Position numbers and translations under genes: made by a program. Below, piece after piece: positions 29,081 through 39,371 of a stretch of 64,000 nt of DNA. How positions within the stretch are numbered: the stretch's first letter is position 1; every line of letters starts with the position of its first letter. The stretch lies in IMG/VR virus record IMGVR_UViG_3300010354_000047, positions 72,374 to 136,373 of that record; one strand, given 5' to 3'. The DNA is from a virus. Below the pieces are notes generated by a model. That model made no database searches. It worked only from the letters and a program-made list of their open reading frames with translations, and was not told the DNA's origin.

Positions 29081-32000
29081 ATGGCGGAAAATAAAACCTT
29101 CACGCTGGTTGGTAAGTTTGACGACCAGATCACCAAGAAGCTAAGGGAGATCAACAGGGAAATTCGTAATCTTTCCAAGCCTCTTAAGAAGGACTCAATC
29201 GCTTCGAGTCTAGCTAAAGACTTTAAGCGAGTATCTGAGGAGGTTAAAAAAGTCTCTAAGAACATTGACAGTCTCGGGGGCTCCATGAAAGGTATCTCTA
29301 AACCCATTAATGGGTTGATCGGAAGTCTGGAAGACGCGGGAAAGGCAGCTGGGAAAGTTCGGGATACAGTTTCTCAAATAGGGGAAGGAGTCAAAGGACT
29401 CGACGGAATTTCCGAATCTCTCGCCGAGGCGGCAAGAGCAGCTGGACGGGCACAGGAAGAAGTCGCTGGAATTGGTGAAGCAGCTGGACGGGCAACAGGG
29501 CAGGCCGAAGGGTTGATGAGTACGCTTTTACAGGCAGAAGGGTTATCTAAACTAGGGGATGCATTAGCCTCCGGATTTGAGAGAGGGATCTCATCCGTTA
29601 TCAGTATCGCTGAAAAGGCATCGAGAACTGTCGGGAGACTCTTTAAGGAGTCAATGGACGACGAATTAGCTGACGTAAAGGCTGCATCAGGAGTTGAGGG
29701 ATCCTTTCGCCTAGCTGGTTATGAAGGGTCCTTTACAGAAGCCAAAAAGATGTACAAAAAGTACGATCAGGTGGTTTCTGAGATGATTCGCCAGTCTTCT
29801 GCTCCTACAGCAAAAGTGGTGGAACTACAGAGATACACTCTGGACACAATGGGTCCCCTAATGTTGGCTGCAGAAGGTGTGGCCAAAGGGACTAAAATGA
29901 AAGACATAGACCCTAAAAAGGTCACTGCTTCCGCAGAGAACTACGGAAAATTCCTTGAGAAAGTTGCACTGTTCTCGCAAGGAACTGGTTCACAAGGCTT
30001 TCAAGTCGCGGCTGGCGTGGAGCAGCTTGTTACCAGAGGAAAGATAGATACAACGATGGATTTCTTCACTGACAACATTATGTTGATGAAGAATCTTGAG
30101 GACGCTGGATTTGCGGGAAGAGGAAAACAAACTTCAAAGTTGACGAGCGCTACTGATGCGCAGAGGATGAAAGCAATGATGGAAGCTTTCAACAAATCTA
30201 TGTCGAGTGAGTCTACTCGTGCGATGGCTGAGAGCTTGACGGGATCTCTGCAAGGTTTACAGGACACAATTTTCAATCCCTCTGTTGGTATCTTAGGGAT
30301 GTCGGTAACCTTTTCCAAAGAAGAGCAAAAGAAGGCTAATCAGGCAATCATAAAAATTCAGAACGCCAGGATAGACAACTATAGGAAAGAGTTAGCCAAT
30401 ACGAAAACTAGTGCTGAGAGGGCTAAGCAACTTAGAGTCAATATAGAGCAAGCTGCAAAGACTAGGGACGCGCTCACAAAAGACGGGGCAGACGAGATTA
30501 GCACTCCGTTTAAGGCATTCAGTTATGCCTTTTCGGACTTGATTCGTAGCTTGACAGAGGCCATGAATGCGATTGGCCCGGTATGGACCCAATTTTCCTT
30601 GGCAGCGATCGAAGTAACTAATAAAGTTTTCGGCCCCCTTGGCGAGACTTTAAAGAATGTCGCATCAAATATGAGGGGAGGAGAATACACTCAGGCTGAA
30701 GGGTTTGGGAGGATAGCGGGGGAGATATTTAAGACCATAGGTGAGATAATGGGTGACATTGCCAATATGATCGGAGACCCCAAAGGGGCTCTCGGAAAAG
30801 TTCAAAGCGAATTCATAAAGGGATTTATGGATGCTTTTGGAAAGGATCCCAAAGGTTTCCAGAAAGCAGTTCAAAGCATAAACAAAGGTCTTGAAGCAAT
30901 CCTAAAGAAATTTTTCAGTATTGCATGGAATATAGTCTCAACGGAAGCAATACGTCCCTTGGTTCTTACTTTTATAGCTGCTATCTTTGGTCCCCCCTTA
31001 ATAACTGCTGTTATCGCCTCAGCAACGCCTCTGATCGCTCTGGCTTTGGTGCAGATGGCCAAGGGAGCCTTCACTGGGTCAGCAACTGGGTCAGCAACTG
31101 GAGCAGCAACTGGAGCAGCAGCGGGCGCAGGAGCAAGGCTAAGGTTTTTGGGGTCCGCTCTTAAGGGTAATTTCGCGACCGCTGCAAAGTACGGAGCGAA
31201 AGTTCCCGGAGTGGGGAAAGCTTCAGCTCTAGTGAAGGGTGCACAAATGAAAGCAATTGGAGCGGTCGCTGCAGGAATGGTCACTTTAGCAACAAAAGCT
31301 CCCGCTCTTAAAGATGTCGGAAAGTCGGTAGTGTCTCTTGGGAAGAGGATCCCTGGTTTAAGTTTAGCTTTTGCCGGTCTAGACTTAACAACAAGAATCG
31401 CTTCAGGAGAGAACGCTGCAACAGCTGTTAGTGGCGTAGGGGGAGGATTGGCAGGTGGCGCTATCGGGGCTACCCTGGGGACCGTTCTACTTCCTTTTCT
31501 TCCCGGAATCGGAACCGTTCTCGGCGGAATCATCGGGACTTTCATAGGCGATTGGGCAGGGAGTAAATTACCTGCTTTGTTCTCAGGTTTGCCTGGGTTA
31601 CTTCAGGCTGCTTGGTCTGGTCTGGAGAAGTGGTTTAGGGACTTGCCATGGAATCTTGGAATGGCCATTGGAAGATTCCGAGTTATGGCAAACAATTCCA
31701 TGGTCAGACTGTATAACTGGTTCTTTGAACTTTCTAATAAATTTGGGTCATGGGTTTCTCGAACTGTCACGGACTTGAGACTGAAATGGAACAACTTCCT
31801 GAGCCAAGCCGCAGCACTATGGCAGAACAAGGACCGTTGGGGGATCCTAGGTAATGCCATAGTGAATGGCTTAAAAGCCATGATCAGCAATCTCCCGATT
31901 GTTCAGCTATTCACTAACGTGAGAGGGGCAGCAGCTGGAGTCCCTGGTTTTATATCTGGTGCAGCAAACACCTTCAGTCAAGCTTTAAGAGCAGGTGAAA

Positions 32001-33031
32001 GACTGCAAACAAACTTAACTCCAAGAGAAGAGTTGAGGACCCGTGTCAGGAGTAAAGGGGCTCTTGGTGATGCCATTTCTTCAGAAATGCGAAACAAGCC
32101 TTCAGGGTCAGACCTGGTCATAGCGAACAGTTCTGAGACAATCATACCTGCTGCCGGTGGCCTGGGTATGGGTGACTTTATGAAGTCTTTAGATGGAGGA
32201 TTCGCTAGAATTGTTAACTCTATCAATGCGTCTAACACCATACACGGAGATAATGGGAAAAGATTCACAGACGGGCTTCATAATGTGTCAAACCAAGTTA
32301 TCGAGTCTCAGAAAGAGATTAACTCTCTGGGTTCTTCCTTCTCAAAAGCGCAGCAGTACAACGCCACAATGTTTAGTAGTATTCGAGAGGAAGTTTCAAA
32401 AAATCAGAATCAGACACTCCAGATGTTCGGAAAACTTAGTTCCCAGGTTTCCCAGATGTCCATGATGGGAGGTGGAATGGGTGTGGGGATTGGAATGGGC
32501 TCGGGTAATCTTGGTATGGCGAGCTCTTTAGCGCAGTCGATGGGGTTAATTATCACATCCACTACTGGCGGAAAGCACGCTCCTGGCTCTTACCACTATG
32601 CGGGAAGGGCAATCGATGTTGGAGGAAATCCGGGAGCAATGCTGGCATACGCGCGAAGGTTAGCTTCCACTTCTGGAGGGAGAATGGCAGAACTCTACCA
32701 CACACCCCTCGGATTCAGCATCAAAAATGGGGTCAGAGTTCCCTGGACGATCCCGAACCATACAAACCACGTTCACGTCGCGTACGGCTACGGGCCAGGG
32801 AACCCTGCGTTCTTCTCTAGCCAGGGGGAGGCCAAAGCATGGGAGAGGAAGGTCTCTCCAGCTTTTTCGAAAGTTTCCTCGATAACTTCGAATAGTTCCG
32901 AAGGGTTCGGCTCAACAACCTTAAACGCACCGATTACGATCTACCAGCAACCTTACCAAGACTCCGAGGAGCTGGCTACGCTCGTAGCAATGCGCATAAG
33001 CATGGTCATTGACGAATTGAGAAACCACTGA
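29081..33031 (+). CDS. Tail tape measure protein with C-terminal M15-like Zn peptidase domain
   Basis: 1316-aa Ala/Gly-rich helical protein with hydrophobic segments; GKHAPGSYHYAGRAIDV ... HTNHVHV. Confidence 0.85.
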   Translation: MAENKTFTLVGKFDDQITKKLREINREIRNLSKPLKKDSIASSLAKDFKRVSEEVKKVSKNIDSLGGSMKGISKPINGLIGSLEDAGKAAGKVRDTVSQIGEGVKGLDGISESLAEAARAAGRAQEEVAGIGEAAGRATGQAEGLMSTLLQAEGLSKLGDALASGFERGISSVISIAEKASRTVGRLFKESMDDELADVKAASGVEGSFRLAGYEGSFTEAKKMYKKYDQVVSEMIRQSSAPTAKVVELQRYTLDTMGPLMLAAEGVAKGTKMKDIDPKKVTASAENYGKFLEKVALFSQGTGSQGFQVAAGVEQLVTRGKIDTTMDFFTDNIMLMKNLEDAGFAGRGKQTSKLTSATDAQRMKAMMEAFNKSMSSESTRAMAESLTGSLQGLQDTIFNPSVGILGMSVTFSKEEQKKANQAIIKIQNARIDNYRKELANTKTSAERAKQLRVNIEQAAKTRDALTKDGADEISTPFKAFSYAFSDLIRSLTEAMNAIGPVWTQFSLAAIEVTNKVFGPLGETLKNVASNMRGGEYTQAEGFGRIAGEIFKTIGEIMGDIANMIGDPKGALGKVQSEFIKGFMDAFGKDPKGFQKAVQSINKGLEAILKKFFSIAWNIVSTEAIRPLVLTFIAAIFGPPLITAVIASATPLIALALVQMAKGAFTGSATGSATGAATGAAAGAGARLRFLGSALKGNFATAAKYGAKVPGVGKASALVKGAQMKAIGAVAAGMVTLATKAPALKDVGKSVVSLGKRIPGLSLAFAGLDLTTRIASGENAATAVSGVGGGLAGGAIGATLGTVLLPFLPGIGTVLGGIIGTFIGDWAGSKLPALFSGLPGLLQAAWSGLEKWFRDLPWNLGMAIGRFRVMANNSMVRLYNWFFELSNKFGSWVSRTVTDLRLKWNNFLSQAAALWQNKDRWGILGNAIVNGLKAMISNLPIVQLFTNVRGAAAGVPGFISGAANTFSQALRAGERLQTNLTPREELRTRVRSKGALGDAISSEMRNKPSGSDLVIANSSETIIPAAGGLGMGDFMKSLDGGFARIVNSINASNTIHGDNGKRFTDGLHNVSNQVIESQKEINSLGSSFSKAQQYNATMFSSIREEVSKNQNQTLQMFGKLSSQVSQMSMMGGGMGVGIGMGSGNLGMASSLAQSMGLIITSTTGGKHAPGSYHYAGRAIDVGGNPGAMLAYARRLASTSGGRMAELYHTPLGFSIKNGVRVPWTIPNHTNHVHVAYGYGPGNPAFFSSQGEAKAWERKVSPAFSKVSSITSNSSEGFGSTTLNAPITIYQQPYQDSEELATLVAMRISMVIDELRNH

Positions 33032-34593
33032 TGGCAAGTAGTCTAATCATTCCACGTTGCGAAGTCCTCTGGGGCAACGTAAATCTTACTCACTACCCTC
33101 TCGCTGGAGGAGAACCCCAGGCTCTGGTATTCGATGTCCGAGTGTCCCAGCAGGACTCAGGGGAAACACCGTCAGGGTCGATGAGATGGAACCCTACTGG
33201 CGCAGCTTTTGCCGTATATGAGGAGCTTCTAAAGAGTTCTATCAGTAAAACAATCACAGTTCGGTTTTATTATGTGAATGGCCGATCGGTCACTTTCTCT
33301 TTTGTGTGGTCAGGGCAAACGGAGGTCTACGGAAACGAGATGTCCCTGGAAGTGAAACTCGCCTCTCAGCTCGATGGACTTGTAAACGCTAACATCAAAA
33401 GCACCGCTCAAGTTGACGATAAAGGAACCCTCTTCGACAAGACAATCTCGCAAATCGACAAGTCTTTTGGAGTGGACGGTTACAATTTGATTCAATACTC
33501 TGGCCAGGCTTTTGAGGACCTTAAGATCCCCAAAGTTCTGTCAAACTACTCGATTGGGTCTACGTACGCAGAAAGTGTCAAGAATCTGGCAGAACAAACT
33601 GGTCACCTAGTGATGTCAACGAATATCGTCGCTCCGGAAGGGGGGAAGAAACTCGGAGGAAACATGGTGGTCTTGGGACCTTACAAAACGGACACGAAGC
33701 CGATACAAGAACTCTCTCCTCAGGCGCAATTTCCTGATACATCTGTACGATATGGTTACTTTCTCGGCCCAGGAATCATAAATACAATCACAAAAACATC
33801 TGAGTGGCAGCCTCCGCAGAAGACGCAAACTAGTCTGGATAGCACGCAAGCTAAACTTGAAAGTCCGAACCCCACTACCCAGGGGCAACCGACATCCACA
33901 AGTCCGCAAGCCGCTGCGCAGCAAGCCCAAGAAAAAGCAAAAGGAAAAGGGGGAGCCAGTAACGCTGCAAGCTCAAGTGCAAGACCAGGCGCCAGGCTGA
34001 AGGACAACGCGGAAGGCGAGAGTAGAAAACTTGCTATTCAACAAGAGAGATCCTCAAAACTCTCCGCATCTTTGTTCATGTGTCCCGCTTTAACAGGAAT
34101 AAAGCCCATGGACATCATCTTTATTTCAAACTATAGCGGCACGTTTCTGGAAGACTGGCTTGTGAACTCCGTGGATTACACTCAGATGGATGGAGGGGTG
34201 GAAATTTCGATTCAAGCTTCTCGGGAATATGGCCTTGGAAACCTCATGAACAAAAAACTCGGTGAGCCATGGGCCGAAAAGGCAAAAGCTAAGAATTTGG
34301 TTGGCCCAACAGGAACTCTCGAAGGGTGGCAAGAGTATGCTTGGGGAGCTTTAGGGTTTCAGAGTAGGAGCCCTTCGGCTCAAACATCTAAAACAGCTTC
34401 GGCATTTCCATCTAATTCTTTTTCTATGTTTGCAAAATCTTTCGGAAAAGATCAAACTCTGATCACCGATCGCGGATTCTACGACTACTTAACGAAGTAC
34501 TTGAGTGTCCCCGCAGTGAATGGGAGCGGAGTTCTCAACGCTCCGATTGGCAGAATCCAGGAGCTCTATAAACTCTACCTGGAGGGGAGGTAG
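33031..34593 (+). CDS. Putative baseplate hub protein (gp27/gpD-like)
   Basis: TGATG-coupled to the tape measure gene; C-terminal P.L.GIKP.D.I......W.V.SVDY pattern. Confidence 0.6.
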   Translation: MASSLIIPRCEVLWGNVNLTHYPLAGGEPQALVFDVRVSQQDSGETPSGSMRWNPTGAAFAVYEELLKSSISKTITVRFYYVNGRSVTFSFVWSGQTEVYGNEMSLEVKLASQLDGLVNANIKSTAQVDDKGTLFDKTISQIDKSFGVDGYNLIQYSGQAFEDLKIPKVLSNYSIGSTYAESVKNLAEQTGHLVMSTNIVAPEGGKKLGGNMVVLGPYKTDTKPIQELSPQAQFPDTSVRYGYFLGPGIINTITKTSEWQPPQKTQTSLDSTQAKLESPNPTTQGQPTSTSPQAAAQQAQEKAKGKGGASNAASSSARPGARLKDNAEGESRKLAIQQERSSKLSASLFMCPALTGIKPMDIIFISNYSGTFLEDWLVNSVDYTQMDGGVEISIQASREYGLGNLMNKKLGEPWAEKAKAKNLVGPTGTLEGWQEYAWGALGFQSRSPSAQTSKTASAFPSNSFSMFAKSFGKDQTLITDRGFYDYLTKYLSVPAVNGSGVLNAPIGRIQELYKLYLEGR

Positions 34594-34620
34594 TTTACTG
34601 ACCGGCTCGTAGCCTATACT
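34593..34620 (+). promoter_or_regulatory. Putative middle promoter GTTTAC-N16-TATACT
   Basis: Immediately after the hub stop codon, upstream of the replication genes. Confidence 0.7.
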
Positions 34621-34678
34621 CTTAATGAACGTGCTGGGCAACAGGGCTCAGATTTCCGCGTTCTTTACTAGTGACAAA

Positions 34679-35647
34679 ATGGCTATTACGACATTCAAAA
34701 TCCTTCCGCAACTTGATGAGAAGAACAGGGCTCGCTTAGAGTCCCGAGCCTATACTCGGGCTTACACCGACATTCCTAATCGTGCTCTTCCTGAGTCTTA
34801 TCGCTCGGGCCTTGCCACGATTTTCAAGGCTTTGACCGGTGATGACTTCGAAGAAGAGGCATCGACTTTCACTGTTCGAGCAGATCAAAACGGCACATTC
34901 CAACGTTTGTACTCCCCTACCATTTTCTCAACCGAGGACGGTGGTCTAGTGATTCGTTGGGGTGATCGCGACATTCCTTTGTTGGTTGCCCCCGGAAAAA
35001 TTGGGGTAGCGAACGCTCCCAAGGGAACAAAGTTTGCTTTCAAGGATGAGCAGATCGGTAAATATACCGAACCTGTCCTTTCCGTTTCCGCTCAAGGGGA
35101 CGGAACCCTTTACACTCTTCCGATTCCGATTCGAAAGAAGGAGATGAAAGAGGAGCTTCCGGCTGATCTGTTGGATCTTCTCCTGGAAGAAAACCCTGAC
35201 AAGATTTCCGAGAAAGTGTACGCGGCGCCTGACCTCTCAAAGAGAGGCGAAAGCACAGGAGAACGCCTGATTGGACCCTACCTGAAGGTCGCTTACCTTC
35301 CGATTGGCGAATATACTATCACTACCTACCGAACCAAAGAGGGTGGGGCTTATGGAACGGATTACTTCCTCCAAGCCAAGCTGAAGGAGCCCTTTGTGGC
35401 CCCTGTTCGCACCCAAGTCGACGGAGAGTGGGTTGATGTAGAAACAGAGATCTCTGACTGGGTGATCGTGAAGCCGAACGCCTCAATGAAGAAGATTCTC
35501 TCCGCAGAACCTCTGATTACGGCTGAGGCTCCGGCTACACTAAAAGTCCTTGAGCATTACGAGTACAACAACAATCCGGCTGCCAAGGTCATCCTTCAGT
35601 GCCCAAACTTTGTTCAGAGCCCGGAGGCATTCAACCTCGATTTCTGA
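34679..35647 (+). CDS. Hypothetical replication-module protein (ssDNA-binding candidate)
   Basis: Own promoter and terminator; beta-rich; C-terminus AFNLDF; ATG 34625 is too close to the -10 element so 34679 is preferred. Confidence 0.65.
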   Translation: MAITTFKILPQLDEKNRARLESRAYTRAYTDIPNRALPESYRSGLATIFKALTGDDFEEEASTFTVRADQNGTFQRLYSPTIFSTEDGGLVIRWGDRDIPLLVAPGKIGVANAPKGTKFAFKDEQIGKYTEPVLSVSAQGDGTLYTLPIPIRKKEMKEELPADLLDLLLEENPDKISEKVYAAPDLSKRGESTGERLIGPYLKVAYLPIGEYTITTYRTKEGGAYGTDYFLQAKLKEPFVAPVRTQVDGEWVDVETEISDWVIVKPNASMKKILSAEPLITAEAPATLKVLEHYEYNNNPAAKVILQCPNFVQSPEAFNLDF

Positions 35648-35671
35648 TCCTTTGAGTCTGAAGTGAGTAAC

Positions 35672-35706
35672 AAGAGATCTTAGACCCCTAAGGTCTCTTT
35701 CTTTTT
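35672..35706 (+). terminator. Intrinsic terminator
   Basis: Stem AAGAGATCTTAG / loop ACCC / CTAAGGTCTCTT followed by TCTTTT. Confidence 0.7.
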
Positions 35707-35730
35707 GACTAACGAAACAACGAGCAAAAC

Positions 35731-37755
35731 ATGGCCGATCCATTCTCAGGTGGACTAGGAACAACGAAACAAGAAATCGGCATTCTTCGGGATGCCAAAG
35801 AGAGGAACAAAGCTTCCTCGTTTAAATCAAGAATAGCTGAAGAGGATAAACAGGAAAAGAAGAAAAAGGCACCTCTTCGAGTATCCGAGCTCTACAATGC
35901 AGGTATAACCCTTCTGAACAAGAAAGGTTTTGTGGTAGAGATCGACGAAGCCGGAGATCATTGTCGTCATAGAATTCTGAAACCTTCACCTCCGCAGATG
36001 GTGAGGGGAATTCGGTACCCCGCTGATTTTAATCCTTTGCAAGACATCAGCGTCTACGACGACTTTGAAAAAGTTGAATCATGTTTTCATCCAGATCTTT
36101 GCCCTGACGAGGTCCGAACCTTTTGGGAGCCACTTTTTCGCCCAAAAGCGGGGGACTCGGAGCTGCTTTCCTTCACAGAGCGGCTTCTAAAAATGAAACG
36201 AGTGAACCAAAATAAGTTCATACATGAAACTCTGGATTACGGACACACCTTTGATCCGGTTGGCCGATGGGGAGGGGATCCAGTCTCTAATCCCCGAGTT
36301 TGGGTTCCCGATCGAGAATGGTTTGATCCCGTCCTTCACAGTGTGACTCTCGCAGACGTTTTCACAATTTTTCCGGAAGCTGAACGAGAAATGCTAAAGT
36401 TGATTCTCGGAAGAATCGGAGTTGGAAGGTCGAACCATCTCCCTCCCGGAAGAAAAGTTCCGGTAGATCACACAGCTCGTATGGCGGCTGTGATTGTTGG
36501 TAAGGATGCAGGTCTAGGAAAGTCAACTCTGTTCAATGGCATGACTGCCGCATTCGCCAAATGCGGATTCACAACTCATACCTTTAAGTCTACTGAAGAT
36601 AGATTCGGACTCAAGGCTGCCGCCCTGAGCGACATCTCTTATAAGGACGACACTTCCTTGGCGTCCTTGAAGAGGTTTCTAGCCGCAGAAGAGACGAAGA
36701 TCCTCATTACAAATGGTATTTTTCAAGTAGAGGAAAAGTTCCAGAATGCCGAGCAGATCTGGCCGAAGACGGTTATGATTCTCAACGCGAACGATTGGAA
36801 CAGCAAGTTTGCTTACGATTTAGATCCAGGGATTATAGATCGAATCAAGCTAATCAGCACATATCGAGAGTACGAAGTGTCCAAGAACCGAGATTATCTC
36901 GACGGAACAGTCTCTGAAGGGTCTCCTGACTTGAGGCCGAGGGCACACATTCCTTATTTGGCTGGAAAACTCGGAGTTAGTGCTGACTCCCTGTATCTGT
37001 GGTGCTTGCGCTTATGCACAGACCATTTCTGGAAGGTTATTAACGACACGGAGGATCCAAGCATAAATCGCCTCCAGGTAGAAGTTCGCTACTGGACAAC
37101 TCGGCAAAGGATTCGTTTCAAGGCAGATGTCACACAAGCTCTTGTAAACGCAATGGCTTTCGCGCATGCGATTCGTACGAATGCGCAGGGACGATTCATG
37201 CCTGAGATGACACCGGACATCTTGTATGAATACCTTCAATCTCTTTACTTTGTCGGAGTAGATCCCTCTTGTCAGCATTTAACTGCGGAGATGAAAAAGC
37301 AATGGGAATCCGTGGGGAGACCATCCACCCATTACTATCAAGGTTTCCGAGAGCTTCGATGGGAGTCTGTGAAGAAGGCAATCGCACACGGAAAAGCGAC
37401 TCTGTTTGATGACTCCACAGGACTACCGAGGGACAATAAAGACAGAACCGCTCTGACCATTATTCGAGAGATAATGGAAAAACTCGTGATGCGAGATGGA
37501 TTCAAGATTGGCGGTGAAGCAAACTATGTGATTGAAAACTGGGAGAATTGCAGACATGCCCAGGAGGAGCTTGTGATCGAGGCTGAAAGGCTAAGACTGG
37601 ACATGGACCAGATAGATAGAACTCGCCTGCTTGATCTGAAGGCAGGATGTTACGATGACTGGCTCTTGGACAAACACTATTCACCAGATCGGGCAGAGAA
37701 GTTTCGTGAAGCGGCTCGTAGGAAACTTTATGAAAGTAAAGGGGTAAAAGTATGA
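35731..37755 (+). CDS. SF3-like (D5/P4-type) helicase NTPase
   Basis: Walker A VIVGKDAGLGKST, Walker B ISYKDD, motif C MILNAN, IIDRI arginine finger. Confidence 0.75.
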   Translation: MADPFSGGLGTTKQEIGILRDAKERNKASSFKSRIAEEDKQEKKKKAPLRVSELYNAGITLLNKKGFVVEIDEAGDHCRHRILKPSPPQMVRGIRYPADFNPLQDISVYDDFEKVESCFHPDLCPDEVRTFWEPLFRPKAGDSELLSFTERLLKMKRVNQNKFIHETLDYGHTFDPVGRWGGDPVSNPRVWVPDREWFDPVLHSVTLADVFTIFPEAEREMLKLILGRIGVGRSNHLPPGRKVPVDHTARMAAVIVGKDAGLGKSTLFNGMTAAFAKCGFTTHTFKSTEDRFGLKAAALSDISYKDDTSLASLKRFLAAEETKILITNGIFQVEEKFQNAEQIWPKTVMILNANDWNSKFAYDLDPGIIDRIKLISTYREYEVSKNRDYLDGTVSEGSPDLRPRAHIPYLAGKLGVSADSLYLWCLRLCTDHFWKVINDTEDPSINRLQVEVRYWTTRQRIRFKADVTQALVNAMAFAHAIRTNAQGRFMPEMTPDILYEYLQSLYFVGVDPSCQHLTAEMKKQWESVGRPSTHYYQGFRELRWESVKKAIAHGKATLFDDSTGLPRDNKDRTALTIIREIMEKLVMRDGFKIGGEANYVIENWENCRHAQEELVIEAERLRLDMDQIDRTRLLDLKAGCYDDWLLDKHYSPDRAEKFREAARRKLYESKGVKV

Positions 37756-38135
37756 ACTCACTTTACGACAACCAAATTGCCTCCGTGGATTCATTTACTT
37801 ACGAATGCCAAAAGCAACTCAGATTGAAGGATCAACTCGAAAACGAGGGGTTCTCCCTTGCTGAGGATCCGGCGGGTCTCTACGATTATATCGGAACGGT
37901 CCAGGACATCAATTGCTTTTGTGAGATGTTCACTCCCCGTCTTCTAACGAAGGTGTTTGTCGAAGGGACAGAATCCTTAAGCCATGCCTTTCACCTGGTG
38001 CCACTGTGGCAAATCGTAAAATTCGGTTATCTGATTCCTGAACCGGGAACTTACTTCTCTACAAAGTATATCATCGGAGTTCGAAAAGTTAGCGAAACCT
38101 CTTTCGTTCCCAGCCTTCGACTTCCGTTGAACTGA
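37752..38135 (+). CDS. Hypothetical protein
   Basis: ATGA overlap; GGGTAAAA 10 nt upstream. Confidence 0.65.
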   Translation: MNSLYDNQIASVDSFTYECQKQLRLKDQLENEGFSLAEDPAGLYDYIGTVQDINCFCEMFTPRLLTKVFVEGTESLSHAFHLVPLWQIVKFGYLIPEPGTYFSTKYIIGVRKVSETSFVPSLRLPLN

Positions 38136-38136
38136 C

Positions 38137-38517
38137 GTGAAAAACTTCGAGAACGTTCCTGATCTCCCTACCCCTTTAAGTTCACAAGGGGGCTACGGAA
38201 ATGCTTCGGGCAAGTTCAACCTTGAGAGGTCCCTTGAAAGGAAGATAAAGTCTCGAGAGGACCTCTCTCAACCGAGGAGACAAAGTCCTTTAGACACCAC
38301 GTCTTTAAGTGAAGACAACTCGATCAATCGTTATTTTGGCGATTTCAGTATTGAGTCGAAAAGGCACGTTCTCGACCTACTAAGTAAACATCCCCAGTTC
38401 GGGGATGAGGCCGGTTTACGCAAGAACCGGATACGCAATAATACTAAAGAGGTCATACCCAACGACCCCTACCGAAACGTCACTAATGGTGGCTACGTAA
38501 TCTTTGAAAAAACCTGA
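38137..38517 (+). CDS. Hypothetical protein
   Basis: Tightly packed ORF with GTG start. Confidence 0.6.
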   Translation: MKNFENVPDLPTPLSSQGGYGNASGKFNLERSLERKIKSREDLSQPRRQSPLDTTSLSEDNSINRYFGDFSIESKRHVLDLLSKHPQFGDEAGLRKNRIRNNTKEVIPNDPYRNVTNGGYVIFEKT

Positions 38518-38522
38518 AACAA

Positions 38523-39026
38523 ATGGCACAAATTTACAAGGACCCGTATAGCTATCTAAATGACGCCGTAGTTAAAAGGGGAAAGTCAGGGAGCTACGGA
38601 GTGTATCTCCAAAATGTTGTTGTTGTAGCCGAAGCAACTTCTGACTACGGTTACAAAGTTTTCCTTCCCGCTCCGACTGCCGAATCCCCTTTTCAAGGGG
38701 AAGAGGAAACCCCTTTCGAGTGGTATCAAACTCTTGTGAGACTTCGGTCTCAAGTGGTGCAAACCACAGAGAGTATCTACGTAGATCGCAAACTCTACCA
38801 GTTCTGCCCGGAAGGCGGAACCATTAGCATGAACGTTTTCATTCCGGAAGCCTTTGTGGATACTTTCAACCACGAAGTTGTTCATTCTCAACGACTCTTG
38901 AACCTCATAGGAGACTTCACGGGAAAAACTCCAACAACAGTGCGCTTCACGATCGGTGTAGCGTATAAGTCCTGGTACGACATGGCCGAAGAAGGAGAAG
39001 TTCAAGAAATTGAGTACGCTTACTAA
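38523..39026 (+). CDS. Hypothetical protein
   Basis: 167-aa ORF with CTGAAACAAATG start context. Confidence 0.7.
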   Translation: MAQIYKDPYSYLNDAVVKRGKSGSYGVYLQNVVVVAEATSDYGYKVFLPAPTAESPFQGEEETPFEWYQTLVRLRSQVVQTTESIYVDRKLYQFCPEGGTISMNVFIPEAFVDTFNHEVVHSQRLLNLIGDFTGKTPTTVRFTIGVAYKSWYDMAEEGEVQEIEYAY

Positions 39027-39041
39027 TCTGAAGAATTCAAA

Positions 39042-39371
39042 ATGGAACTAAACGACTACCAATCGAGAGCAAGAGCTACAGCTATCTACCCTAATCTAGG
39101 GTCCAACTTTTTATACCCGGCGCTAGGTTTGTGCGGAGAGTCCGGGGAAGTCGCAGAAAAAGTGAAAAAAGTTTTGAGAGATGAAGGAGGAGTTATATCC
39201 GAAGAAAAGAAAAGGGAAATCGCCAAGGAAATCGGGGACATCCTTTGGTACGCCTCTCAGTTGGCTGCAGAATTGGGGTTCACACTGAGTGAAATCGCAG
39301 AGATCAATCTAAACAAATTAGCCTCCCGAGCCGAGAGGGGCGTTCTTACGGGGAATGGAGACAATCGCTGA
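39042..39371 (+). CDS. mazG: MazG-like nucleoside triphosphate pyrophosphohydrolase
   Basis: LGLCGESGEVAEKVKK ... KEIGDILWY ... N..KL..R..G.GDNR. Confidence 0.92.
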   Translation: MELNDYQSRARATAIYPNLGSNFLYPALGLCGESGEVAEKVKKVLRDEGGVISEEKKREIAKEIGDILWYASQLAAELGFTLSEIAEINLNKLASRAERGVLTGNGDNR

